From the NCBI RefSeq assembly GCF_900604535.1, contig NZ_UWOT01000003.1, forward strand, positions 186,216-210,215: a DNA stretch of 24,000 nucleotides. The letters run 5' to 3'. Below are positions 1-8,326 of this stretch, in pieces (positions within the stretch are counted from its first letter, which is position 1; every line of letters begins with the position of its first letter). The position numbers were made by a program, and so were the translations under genes. The notes beneath the pieces were generated by a model. That model was not told the DNA's origin and did no database searches. It was given only the letters and a program-made list of their open reading frames with translations. Source of the stretch: Romboutsia sp. Marseille-P6047 (GTDB lineage: Bacteria > Bacillota > Clostridia > Peptostreptococcales > Peptostreptococcaceae).

Positions 1-2
1 AT

Positions 3-383
3 TTAGGGACAGGTGTATTTACATCCATATTGGTTGCATCAATAGCGTTATTTGCAGTATTAGCTAAATTATCAAGTAGAAAAGAAGCTGGACATTATCT
101 GGGACTAGGAAGTATATTATTCGCTGGACTTATAGGTATACTAATAGCATTGATAATTAATATATTTATAGGGGGAGCAATGCTTAGTTTATTAATAAGC
201 ATAGTGGGTGTAGTAATATTTTCTGGCTATGTTCTTTATGATATAAGTTTAATAAAGCATGAGATAGAAAATGGTGAAATAAGAGAAAAGAATGATCTCT
301 CTCTACATGTTTTAAACCTTTACTTAGACTTTATTAATATATTACTAGATTTATTGAATATAGCATCAATTTTAGATGATTAA
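3..383 (+). CDS. Bax inhibitor-1/YccA family membrane protein, C-terminal part (5' end outside window)
   Basis: The frame is open from base 3 (LGTGVFTSILVASIALFAVL...), so the listed start at 30 is an internal TTG. Multiple TM segments, plus the SGYVLYDISLIKHE...LSLHVLNLYLDFINILLDLLNI tail typical of BI-1/YccA proteins. Confidence 0.88.
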   Translation, partial: LGTGVFTSILVASIALFAVLAKLSSRKEAGHYLGLGSILFAGLIGILIALIINIFIGGAMLSLLISIVGVVIFSGYVLYDISLIKHEIENGEIREKNDLSLHVLNLYLDFINILLDLLNIASILDD

Positions 384-399
384 TATATAATATTTTTAT

Positions 400-452
400 A
401 GAGGTGGCTAAACCCAATTTTAAAATGATTGGTTAAGCTATCTCTATTTTTA
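400..452 (+). terminator. Probable Rho-independent terminator after the BI-1 gene
   Basis: agaggtggctaaacccaat / attggttaagctatctct imperfect inverted repeat with G-U pairs, followed by attttta. Confidence 0.55.
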
Positions 453-505
453 TACATATAATGTTATAATAATTATAGTATAAATATAACAAAGGGGTGT
501 TTATT

Positions 506-1510
506 ATGATAACTAATGAAGATTATATAAGATATGAACCTATGGTATATAAGATTGCTAATAAATTTAAAAATAATATATATAAATTAGAGATAGAGGA
601 TTTAGTTCAAATAGGGTCTATGGGTTTTATAAGAGGGTTTAATACATATGACGATACAAGGGATTGTAAAAAAGATACTTGGATATATTCATGTATAAAG
701 AGAGCTATATTAAGAGAATTTCAAAATTTAAAGAGAATAAAAAGACAATCTTTAGCTAATTCAATATCAATAGATACACCTATAGGTGGACTGGATGAGG
801 ATATAACAATAGCTGATACGATAGAAGATATAAATATAAATGTATCAGATGAAACTATAGATAAAATAACAATAGAAGCCTATAAAAAAGAAGTAAATAT
901 GATATTAAATGGAATAGAACATTATATTGCTTATGAAACCTTATTTACTGATAAGACATTAACTGAGGTATCAGCTTCAAAAGGAATAGAATACTCAAAG
1001 GCAAAGCATATACAAAATAAAGCATTTAGAGAATTAAAGTTTAAGAGTAAATTAATACGTTCTAAGTATATGGAGTTAAAAGAGCAAGAGGCGGAGAATA
1101 ACATAATTAATTTATATAAAGATCCTGCAAAATCAATTTATATTCATGAAATAAGCAAAGAATTAAGAAATAAATACAGACATGAGCTTGATGTTATAGA
1201 TACTATACAAACTATATTTGATGGACTAGATACATATAAGAGGAATAAGGTTATACAAGGATTTATATTAAGTTTAGATGATATTGTAGAAGCTAAAGAT
1301 CTATTTATATATAAAACTATTGCAGAAGGTAATAGAGCTTATCTAAAGGATAAATATAGCTTTAGTGATATTTATTTTGTGGAAGATAGAATAAAAAATA
1401 CTATTTCTAAAAATAAAGATTTAGTATATGATTTATGGATAAGTTTTAATGACAATTATAAAGAAGATTTAAATAATGAATTTGATAAAAGTATTATTTT
1501 CGATAGATAG
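506..1510 (+). CDS. Sigma-70-like protein (region 2 and degenerate region 4) with about 120-aa uncharacterised C-terminal extension
   Basis: YKIANKF...LEIEDLVQIGSMGFIRGFNTYDDTRDCKKDTWIYSCIKRAILREFQNLKR matches sigma region 2. YETLFTDKTLTEVSASKGIEYSKAKHIQNKAFRELKFKSK resembles region 4. RBS AAAGGGG lies 8 nt before the ATG at 506. Confidence 0.7.
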   Translation: MITNEDYIRYEPMVYKIANKFKNNIYKLEIEDLVQIGSMGFIRGFNTYDDTRDCKKDTWIYSCIKRAILREFQNLKRIKRQSLANSISIDTPIGGLDEDITIADTIEDININVSDETIDKITIEAYKKEVNMILNGIEHYIAYETLFTDKTLTEVSASKGIEYSKAKHIQNKAFRELKFKSKLIRSKYMELKEQEAENNIINLYKDPAKSIYIHEISKELRNKYRHELDVIDTIQTIFDGLDTYKRNKVIQGFILSLDDIVEAKDLFIYKTIAEGNRAYLKDKYSFSDIYFVEDRIKNTISKNKDLVYDLWISFNDNYKEDLNNEFDKSIIFDR

Positions 1511-1652
1511 AGTAGTAGATAATAGTAATAATATTTTTAATAGTAATCAAGTTACCTTAGATATGATTTTAGGACTATAAAAATATCTTCTATGGGTTAC
1601 AGAGAGGTTTTGAATAATAAATAAGGTAATTATACCCATACATAGAGTTAAA

Positions 1653-1693
1653 AAAGAAACTAGGCTAAATAAATGGCTTAGTTTCTTTTTTAT
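1653..1693. terminator. Strong, near-symmetric (possibly bidirectional) terminator
   Basis: aaagaaactaggcta / tggcttagtttcttt stem followed by a T-rich tract. A-rich on the left side. Confidence 0.8.
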
Positions 1694-1927
1694 TTCGTTT
1701 CCATTTTTGGAATCGTTAATATTTATTTAATATCTAATGTTTTATTGAGGTATCAGAGATTGCATTTATTACGGTAAGGTTACGGTAAGGTAAGCGAGTC
1801 ATAGATGTATTACAACGATTAGATTAGTATAAGGTATGCTAAGTTTGTGTTTAGTAATGTTAAGGTTGAAATATGTGAGAAAATGAGCGTTTAAATTGCA
1901 GATAAAAGACTATATAATTGCTAACAT

Positions 1928-2020
1928 AATGAACGAATATAGTTGCGCACTTCCCCAATCTGCAAATTTGCAGACTGCTGATTTCTTTATCACAATGAAC
2001 ACATATAGTTGCGAACTTCC
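1928..2020. repeat. Two imperfect 27-bp direct repeats (1928-1954 and 1994-2020), period 66 bp
   Basis: aatgaacgaatatagttgcgcacttcc versus aatgaacacatatagttgcgaacttcc. Confidence 0.85.
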
Positions 2021-2329
2021 AAAACGACAAATAAAAATTACGAAACCAACTCAAATTTCAATTTCCAAAACAAACAACTCAAATAAAAAACGCGGTCAAA
2101 TGGCTATTTATCAAGCTTTAAGTATTGTAATATCAACGTAGTAGTAATGTAGTAGTAATAGGAACGTTGCATACTTTTTATGGAGTACTCCAAATGGCAC
2201 GCTCCAAAAGGGTGCACTTATAAAATAAGCTACAATACTGTATTTTACTAGGGTTTAAGCTTCTAAATCAATGTAGTATAATAAAAAGTATAAATTTGCT
2301 TAGTATTTAGGTTATTCTGGAGGATGTAT

Positions 2330-2977
2330 ATGAATGTCATTGATATAAAGAATATAAAAGGTTTATCAGGAAAATATTCAATAAAGTTTGGTAAAGAAAA
2401 GAAATATGTAAACATAGAGGATGATAAGATAACATTATTTGGTCGTATAAAAAGTTATGCTCATGGAGGTTGGTGTAACTATAAAATACAAGATATATTT
2501 ATATCTAAGCAAAAGACAGGTTTTGGAGAAAAGAAATTCTTTGTTTGCCCAGAATGTGGTGAGCGAAGGACTAAAATTTATTGCTATGATAATAAAGAAG
2601 TATTTAAATGTAGAAGCTGTTTAGGTAAAAATATATATTCTGAAAGATGTAATTTATATGATGGAGGAGGGGTAGCTCTTATTGAATATAAGTTTTTTAA
2701 TTTAATATCGGAGCTTGATTTAAGCGAAACCTCAAAGAAAAGACATATACCTTTTGATAGTAGATATTATGGATCATGCAAACCTAAATATATGAGGTAT
2801 GAAAAGTTTGAGTTAATATTAAAGCAATTAACAGCTTTATCAGCTATGAGAGATACTGTTATATTACAAAAGTGCTCATATAGTACTAAGTATATAAATG
2901 GATTATTGAATAGTAATGTACTAAAGAAGCTTAAGTTAATAGATATACCTGATGCTATATGGTTTCATGAAGTATAA
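2330..2977 (+). CDS. Hypothetical protein with zinc ribbon (CPxCG...CRSC)
   Basis: FFVCPECGERRTKIYCYDNKEVFKCRSCLGK four-Cys ribbon. RBS CTGGAGG is 6 nt upstream of the ATG at 2330. Confidence 0.7.
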   Translation: MNVIDIKNIKGLSGKYSIKFGKEKKYVNIEDDKITLFGRIKSYAHGGWCNYKIQDIFISKQKTGFGEKKFFVCPECGERRTKIYCYDNKEVFKCRSCLGKNIYSERCNLYDGGGVALIEYKFFNLISELDLSETSKKRHIPFDSRYYGSCKPKYMRYEKFELILKQLTALSAMRDTVILQKCSYSTKYINGLLNSNVLKKLKLIDIPDAIWFHEV

Positions 2978-3094
2978 GTATTAATAGAATATATAGAGTA
3001 ATTATTAGAATATAAATAGTAACCATAATTATAATATTTAACATATTATAATTAAATGTAAGTTATAAGACAATAATTTAAAAAGAGGTTTTTA

Positions 3095-3123
3095 TTGTTA
3101 GACCAACGATAGGATGGTATAAT
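3095..3123 (+). promoter_or_regulatory. Predicted sigma-A-type promoter of the IrrE/cyclase/TM operon
   Basis: TTGTTA (3095-3100), 17-bp spacer, TATAAT (3118-3123), 27 bp upstream of the ATG with RBS aaggaggg between. Confidence 0.65.
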
Positions 3124-3150
3124 CTTGTTAATAAGGAAGGGAGTGGTATA

Positions 3151-3678
3151 ATGGATTATCGTACTAGAAATATAATAAATAAATTGGCTGATGAGATTAT
3201 AGAATCTTATAAAATTACCGCACCTATTGATGATTTAGAAAGTTTTGTGGAATCTATTGGAGGTAAAGTGACAGAAAATAATCTTAAAAGTGGGTTCTAT
3301 GATGGTCGTATAACTACTCAAAATACAGATTATGAGTTTGAGATTTTTATTCCGGAAAATCAGTATCTAGAAAGAAAAAAATTCACAATAGCACATGAAT
3401 TAGGACATTTATTTTTGCATATGGGTTACCAAATAGATGATGATTTATGGGAGGAGCAACGAGGTAGAGATTACTATAGAAATGGTAGTTCAGAAGAAGA
3501 GCTTCAAGCTAATGAATTCGCAGCAGCATTATTAATGCCAAGGGATGAATATAAGAAAATAATGGAGAAATATACGGACGGAGTATCCGTTAATACAGCT
3601 GAAATTGCTAGATACTTTGGTGTATCTATACAGGCTGCAGCTAATAGAGGAAAATGGTTAGGGTATTTAGCATGGTAG
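3151..3678 (+). CDS. ImmA/IrrE family metallo-endopeptidase
   Basis: KFTIAHELGHLFLH (HExxH zinc site) and EEELQANEFAAALLMPRDEY signature. RBS aaggaggg. Confidence 0.9.
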   Translation: MDYRTRNIINKLADEIIESYKITAPIDDLESFVESIGGKVTENNLKSGFYDGRITTQNTDYEFEIFIPENQYLERKKFTIAHELGHLFLHMGYQIDDDLWEEQRGRDYYRNGSSEEELQANEFAAALLMPRDEYKKIMEKYTDGVSVNTAEIARYFGVSIQAAANRGKWLGYLAW

Positions 3679-5156
3679 ATAAAAAACTTAATTTGGATAG
3701 TAGTCTTATAAAATCTTTGAAAGAGATACGAGAAAATACTGAAGAAGAAAGTAAGAGTAGCAATGTTATTTTATTTTTTTCGTATGATATAGTTAATTCA
3801 TCTTTATATAAAACTGTTAACTATTCAAGTTGGACTATAGTAATAAATAATATATTTAAATACGTAGATAGTTTAGTTACGGAAAGAATGCCTAATTGTG
3901 AATTATGGAGGATACTAGGAGATGAAGCCGTATATATTGTACAAATAAGAGATATTGAACAGATATATAAAAATATTGACTCAATATTTGAGATACTTTG
4001 CAAAACAAAAGAGTATTTATCTAGTGGAGAAATATTTAAAAATTGTAAGTCTGAAATAGATATAGAAATAATGAAAATGCAAAATATATTATCTATAAAA
4101 GGGTCTTCTTGGTTAGCCATTGTTGCAAATGATATTAATGCAAAGGGGTCTAACGTTGAAAATGCTTATTTGCATTATAATAATTTTGAATCAATAAAAA
4201 ATCCAGGTTTTTTTGAATTTTTAGGTAAAGATATAGATGCTGGATTTAGAATTTCAAAAGAAACAAGAGATAGAAGGTTAGTTTTAAGCTTTGAGCTTGC
4301 ATATATTTTGAAAATGAGAACAGATTACTTATCAAAGCTGAATCTAATAACATTTAGAAGACTTAAAGGTATCTGGCATGAAAAATTATATCCAATTATA
4401 TGGTTTCATGATAGAGAAAAGTTTAAAAATATATCATTTGAAGAAAGTTTTAAATTTGATGAGCTAGAAGAAGATGAGCTATCTAGGGAATATTTTAATA
4501 ATAGAAAAAAAGGTAATAGTAGTAATATAAATCAGTATATTTATGAAGATATAAATGGTGCATTAGATAAGATTTTAGAAGATAGAAATCTAAAAAACAA
4601 GATAGAAAAAATATATTCTACTATAGAGGCTACATCGGAATATCATAAAGACTTTACTAATATAATACCTTTAGAAATGCATTGTGTAGCTATTTGTTAT
4701 AAAGTAAATAAATCTGATGGATCAATACAAATATTAGTTGCAAAGAGATCTAGTAAGAAAAAACAAAATCCATCAATATGGGAGTTTGGATGTGCAAAAG
4801 CTAATTATAAAGATAGTATTATAGATACTATAAAAAATGAGTATAAAAAAGATTTTAATATAGATATTGATCTAATATGTTACGAAGATAGAAATGAAAA
4901 GCAACCTATACCTATAGCAGTATATGAAATTGAAAAAGGTTCAGATATACATAAAGGTGTAATATTCATAGCAGAATGTAAGAATGATGAATCCGTAGTA
5001 CGTATAAATGATAAACATGAAGAAGTAAAGTGGATTAATGTAGAAGAAATAGAAACTTTTAGAGATGAAGAATGTGTATTAGATTTTAAAAATACTATTA
5101 ACATAGCCTCTAAGAAAATAAAAGAAATGAGGGAAAATATATTCGAGTATGCCTAA
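3672..5156 (+). CDS. Divergent class III nucleotidyl-cyclase-like domain fused to C-terminal Nudix-like domain (candidate Pycsar-type cyclase)
   Basis: N-terminal FFSYDIVNSS...ELWRILGDEAVYIV (two acidic metal-site positions) and FEFLGKDIDAGFRISKETRDRRLVLS (equivalent of the GxxVNxAxR motif). C-terminal Nudix-like GCAKANYKDSIIDTIKNEYKKDFNI. The ATG at 3672 overlaps the upstream stop by 7 nt; the listed start at 3654 is a TTG without a convincing RBS. Confidence 0.7.
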   Translation: MVDKKLNLDSSLIKSLKEIRENTEEESKSSNVILFFSYDIVNSSLYKTVNYSSWTIVINNIFKYVDSLVTERMPNCELWRILGDEAVYIVQIRDIEQIYKNIDSIFEILCKTKEYLSSGEIFKNCKSEIDIEIMKMQNILSIKGSSWLAIVANDINAKGSNVENAYLHYNNFESIKNPGFFEFLGKDIDAGFRISKETRDRRLVLSFELAYILKMRTDYLSKLNLITFRRLKGIWHEKLYPIIWFHDREKFKNISFEESFKFDELEEDELSREYFNNRKKGNSSNINQYIYEDINGALDKILEDRNLKNKIEKIYSTIEATSEYHKDFTNIIPLEMHCVAICYKVNKSDGSIQILVAKRSSKKKQNPSIWEFGCAKANYKDSIIDTIKNEYKKDFNIDIDLICYEDRNEKQPIPIAVYEIEKGSDIHKGVIFIAECKNDESVVRINDKHEEVKWINVEEIETFRDEECVLDFKNTINIASKKIKEMRENIFEYA

Positions 5157-5716
5157 AAGAAATTTTGAACAGGACGTTTTGGATGACTTAAAGTATATAT
5201 TTGAGAATGTAAACAATTGGCTTAACTTTGCGGAGTTAAAGAATGGAGCATTATTAGTATTTCTAACAACAGTCATAATTGGATTAACCCAATTAAATTT
5301 ACCTGATGATAGTAATATACTAATCAAGATATTTTATATAGTATCAATGATTGATATACTTATAAGTATAATTATATTACTACTATCTTTTGTTCCTAAG
5401 ATAAGTAATATAAAGCCTAAATATAATGCTAATATAAATTATCTTAATAAGAATCTTATATTTTGCAGATATAATCAAAGCTAGGGATTATGAAGAATAT
5501 TTAATAAATATATATGAGGATTATTACAATACAATTGTATCCAAAGAAGAGTTAAACTTAAAAGAAAAGCATTTAGCTGAGGAGATTTTTATAAATTCAA
5601 ATATAGCATCTAATAAATATAATTATTTTAAATATAGCTTATATTGCTGTTTACCTGGTATAATTTTATCAATTATACTTATATTAATGATTTATATAAC
5701 AAGCTATATATACTAA
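5149..5716 (+). pseudogene. Pycsar TM effector-like (DUF5706-like) membrane protein, disrupted by one frameshift near 5455-5464
   Basis: Frame 1 (5149-5484) gives MPKRNFEQDVLDDLKYIFENVNNWLNFAELKNGALLVFLTTVIIGLTQL...NLI, then runs out of frame to a stop at 5482-5484. Frame 2, readable from 5453, continues ILYFADIIKARDYEEYLINIYEDYYN...LAEEIFINSNIASNKYNYFKYSLYCCLPGIILSIILILMIYITSYIY* to 5716. The two parts together have the layout I associate with PycTM proteins. The start codon overlaps the cyclase stop by 8 nt. Confidence 0.7.
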
Positions 5717-5742
5717 ATTAAATAAATTGTTTTACATATAAT

Positions 5743-5770
5743 AAGGATTCTTGATATAGAGTCCTTTTTT
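5743..5770 (+). terminator. Rho-independent terminator of the candidate defence operon
   Basis: aaggattc-ttgatata-gagtcctt stem followed by tttt, 26 bp after the effector stop. Confidence 0.75.
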
Positions 5771-6506
5771 ATTACAACTATCAGAACTATAAATATCAGA
5801 ACACAATTACAATTAAATTTAAAGAAAATAAAAAGGTTAAATAAGGAATCGATTAGATATAATGAGATTCAATCTAATTTACAAAATAATAAATAGAGCA
5901 ACTTTTATAGAGATATTGAAAATATTATGATGTAAATGTAATAATTGTTTATTATTATGTTGGCCGATTGCTAAAGAGTGCATCTATTTTGATTTATAAT
6001 GTATCCTTTTTATATATTAATAAGAATATGCAAAACGATGAATAAGAATGATATTTACATAAATATTCAGATCAGAGACTTGATGTTTCAATATTATATA
6101 AATTTTACTTAGTATCATTTAGCTAGTTAATAATTATAAAGTTTATATTTGTTAGAAAATAAGAGTGGAAATAATATAGTATACATGTGTGTTATAAGAT
6201 AAAAAATAAACTTCTTAATATAATAGAATGAGAATGATACCAAGATAGATTTTAATATTTAACGTATAAAAAGTTGTAAAGCATAAATTGGATTATAAGG
6301 CACTCGCATTATATTAGTAATGTATTTATACCTTGTAATGCTTAAAATGGCATATAAAAGATATAACACAAAATAACACAATATTAACACAACTAATATG
6401 AAAAATAATAGAAAGTGCAAATTTTACATTAGCATATTGTATTAGCAAAAGTATTGATATAACTAAGTTTGATTGAATGTAGAAAAATATTAAAATTATA
6501 ATTATA

Positions 6507-6540
6507 GACTCCCCTCGTCTCCACCATTAAAATCCACGAA
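6507..6540 (+). other. ssrA (tmRNA) 3'-end-like fragment, candidate attachment-site copy A
   Basis: gactcccctcgtctccaccattaaaatccacgaa. This reads as T-loop end, T-stem 3' strand, acceptor 3' strand, CCA. No tmRNA body precedes it. Confidence 0.55.
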
Positions 6541-6544
6541 AAGT

Positions 6545-6571
6545 CATACTAAATTTAGTATGATTTTTTTG
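6545..6571 (+). terminator. Terminator directly after copy A
   Basis: Perfect palindrome TCATACTAAATTTAGTATGA followed by TTTTTTT. Confidence 0.85.
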
Positions 6572-6735
6572 TATGAAAGAATTATATATTTATTAAAAAA
6601 ATGTTAACTCTATTATAACTAAGTTAAAAGTATATAAACTAAAAAAAAATATGCTAGTATGTTAAATAGGCTATGTTAAACTATTTGTTCAACATAGTCT
6701 ATTAAAAAAATAAATTTAGTAGAGGTAATTAAGTT

Positions 6736-7461
6736 ATGATAAAGAATTTTGCACATCGTGGATTTAGTGGTAAGTATCCAGAAAATACTCTTTTAGCATT
6801 ACAAAAAGCGATAGAAATAGGTAGTGATGGCATTGAATTTGATGTTCAGTTAACAAAAGACGGACAAGTTGTAATTATACATGATGAAACTATAGACCGT
6901 ACTTCTGACGGAACTGGATATGTATGTGATTATACTTATGATGAACTAATAAAATATGATTTTTCAGGACGTTATATGGGGAAAGTTGAAAAACAAAAAC
7001 TACCTCTTTTAAAAGACTACTTTGAAATGGTTAAAGACACTAACATTATTTCAAATATAGAATTAAAAAATAGCATTCTTGATTATAAAGATATAGAACA
7101 AAAAGTGTATGGATTAATAGTGGAATATGGTTTAAAAGATAAAGTTATTATTTCATCTTTCAATCATGAAAGTATAATTAGAATGAAAAAAATTGATGAA
7201 AGTATTGTATGTGGTTTTCTTGTAGATTGTACTATGTTAGATGCACCAATGTATATCAAAAAATATAATGTTGAGTGCTTCCATCCTTCAGGATATAGCT
7301 TAACAAAAGAAAAGGTAGAAGCTCTACAAAATCAAGGTATATTGGTTAATGTATGGTTAGGAAGTCATAACATGGATTACAAAGAACTAATAGATATGGG
7401 AATAGATATACTAATATCAGATAATCCAGATCAAGTAAAAGAAATTATAAGCAACTTATAG
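6736..7461 (+). CDS. ugpQ: Glycerophosphodiester phosphodiesterase
   Basis: FAHRGFSGKYPENTLLALQKAIEIGSDGIEFDVQLTKDGQVVIIHDETIDRTSDGTG is the canonical GDPD motif set. Confidence 0.93.
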   Translation: MIKNFAHRGFSGKYPENTLLALQKAIEIGSDGIEFDVQLTKDGQVVIIHDETIDRTSDGTGYVCDYTYDELIKYDFSGRYMGKVEKQKLPLLKDYFEMVKDTNIISNIELKNSILDYKDIEQKVYGLIVEYGLKDKVIISSFNHESIIRMKKIDESIVCGFLVDCTMLDAPMYIKKYNVECFHPSGYSLTKEKVEALQNQGILVNVWLGSHNMDYKELIDMGIDILISDNPDQVKEIISNL

Positions 7462-7469
7462 GAGGGGAT

Positions 7470-8288
7470 ATGAAAATATTAGACAACCATGTGCACACTA
7501 GTTTTTCAAGTGATGCAAAGGATTCTATGGAAACTGTAATAAAAATAGCTATAAAAAAGGGGTTAAACTATTTAACTATAACAGATCATATAGAAAATCA
7601 TATTACAGGAGAATGGATAGACTACAATGACTATATACCTGTATTTAATCATTATAAAGAAAAGTATAAAGGTGAGATAGAGTTATTGCTGGGTATAGAA
7701 GTTGGATATGAAAGTGATAGACACGAAGGTCTTGAAAAAATAGTAAAATCTTATCCTTTTGACTTTGTAATTTGTTCTACTCATTGTATAGACGGTAAAA
7801 AAATACATGATAGGAGCTACTTTGAGGGAAAAAGCAAAAAAGAAGCTTATGATAGATACTTTGAGTATATGAGAGACTGTACTAAAAAATTTAAAGAATT
7901 TAATATATATGGTCATCTTGATTACATCATAAGATATGGGACTTATGAAAATAATGAGATATGTTTTGAAGAGTATAAGCCAATAATAGATGAGATATTA
8001 ATTAATATAATAAATAATGGTAGTGGGATAGAGCTTAATACCTCAGGCTATAGATATGGATTAGATAGCACTCATCCAAATATTAAATTTATAAAAAGAT
8101 ATAAGGAGCTAGGGGGAACTATCATTACTTTAGGTTCAGATTCCCACAGGGCTAAGGATTTATGTGCTGATTTTGATAAAGCTTGTGAAATTTTAGTAAG
8201 TTGTGGATTTGAACATGTATGTATATTCAAAAATAGAAAACCTAAATTTATTAAAATAGAAGAAAAAGATAAAAGTAATATTGCTTAG
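7470..8288 (+). CDS. PHP-domain phosphatase (histidinol-phosphatase-like)
   Basis: DNHVHTSFSSDAKDSMETVIKIAIKKGLNYLTITDH motif. RBS GGAGGGG. Follows the GDPD gene by 8 bp. Confidence 0.88.
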   Translation: MKILDNHVHTSFSSDAKDSMETVIKIAIKKGLNYLTITDHIENHITGEWIDYNDYIPVFNHYKEKYKGEIELLLGIEVGYESDRHEGLEKIVKSYPFDFVICSTHCIDGKKIHDRSYFEGKSKKEAYDRYFEYMRDCTKKFKEFNIYGHLDYIIRYGTYENNEICFEEYKPIIDEILINIINNGSGIELNTSGYRYGLDSTHPNIKFIKRYKELGGTIITLGSDSHRAKDLCADFDKACEILVSCGFEHVCIFKNRKPKFIKIEEKDKSNIA

Positions 8289-8289
8289 A

Positions 8290-8326
8290 TAAGGCTGTAT
8301 CAAATTTATTTGGTATAGCTTTTTTC
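8290..8326 (+). terminator. Rho-independent terminator after the PHP gene
   Basis: aaggctgtatcaaa / tttggtatagctttt stem with T tract. Confidence 0.7.

Noticed and set aside
1928-2020. Possible CRISPR array
   Set aside because: Only two diverged repeat copies, no regular array and no cas genes in the window.
1860-2054. 64-aa minus-strand ORF and overlapping 81-aa plus-strand ORF (1896-2141)
   Set aside because: Both arise from the same imperfect 27-bp repeats, have no clear RBS and no recognisable family. Kept only as repeat evidence.
3151-3678. IrrE plus upstream genes as a simple prophage lysogeny module
   Set aside because: No cI-like repressor, integrase or phage structural genes are visible within the window, so prophage assignment is unsupported.
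3821-5327. Minus-strand ORFs 3821-4120, 4880-5104 and 5079-5327
   Set aside because: Antisense to well-supported plus-strand genes; low-complexity translations typical of AT-rich shadow frames.
6170-6540. Full tmRNA gene ending at copy A
   Set aside because: The preceding 350 nt is very AT-rich and lacks a recognisable tag reading frame, 5' acceptor strand and T-arm 5' strand. Only the 3' end is present.
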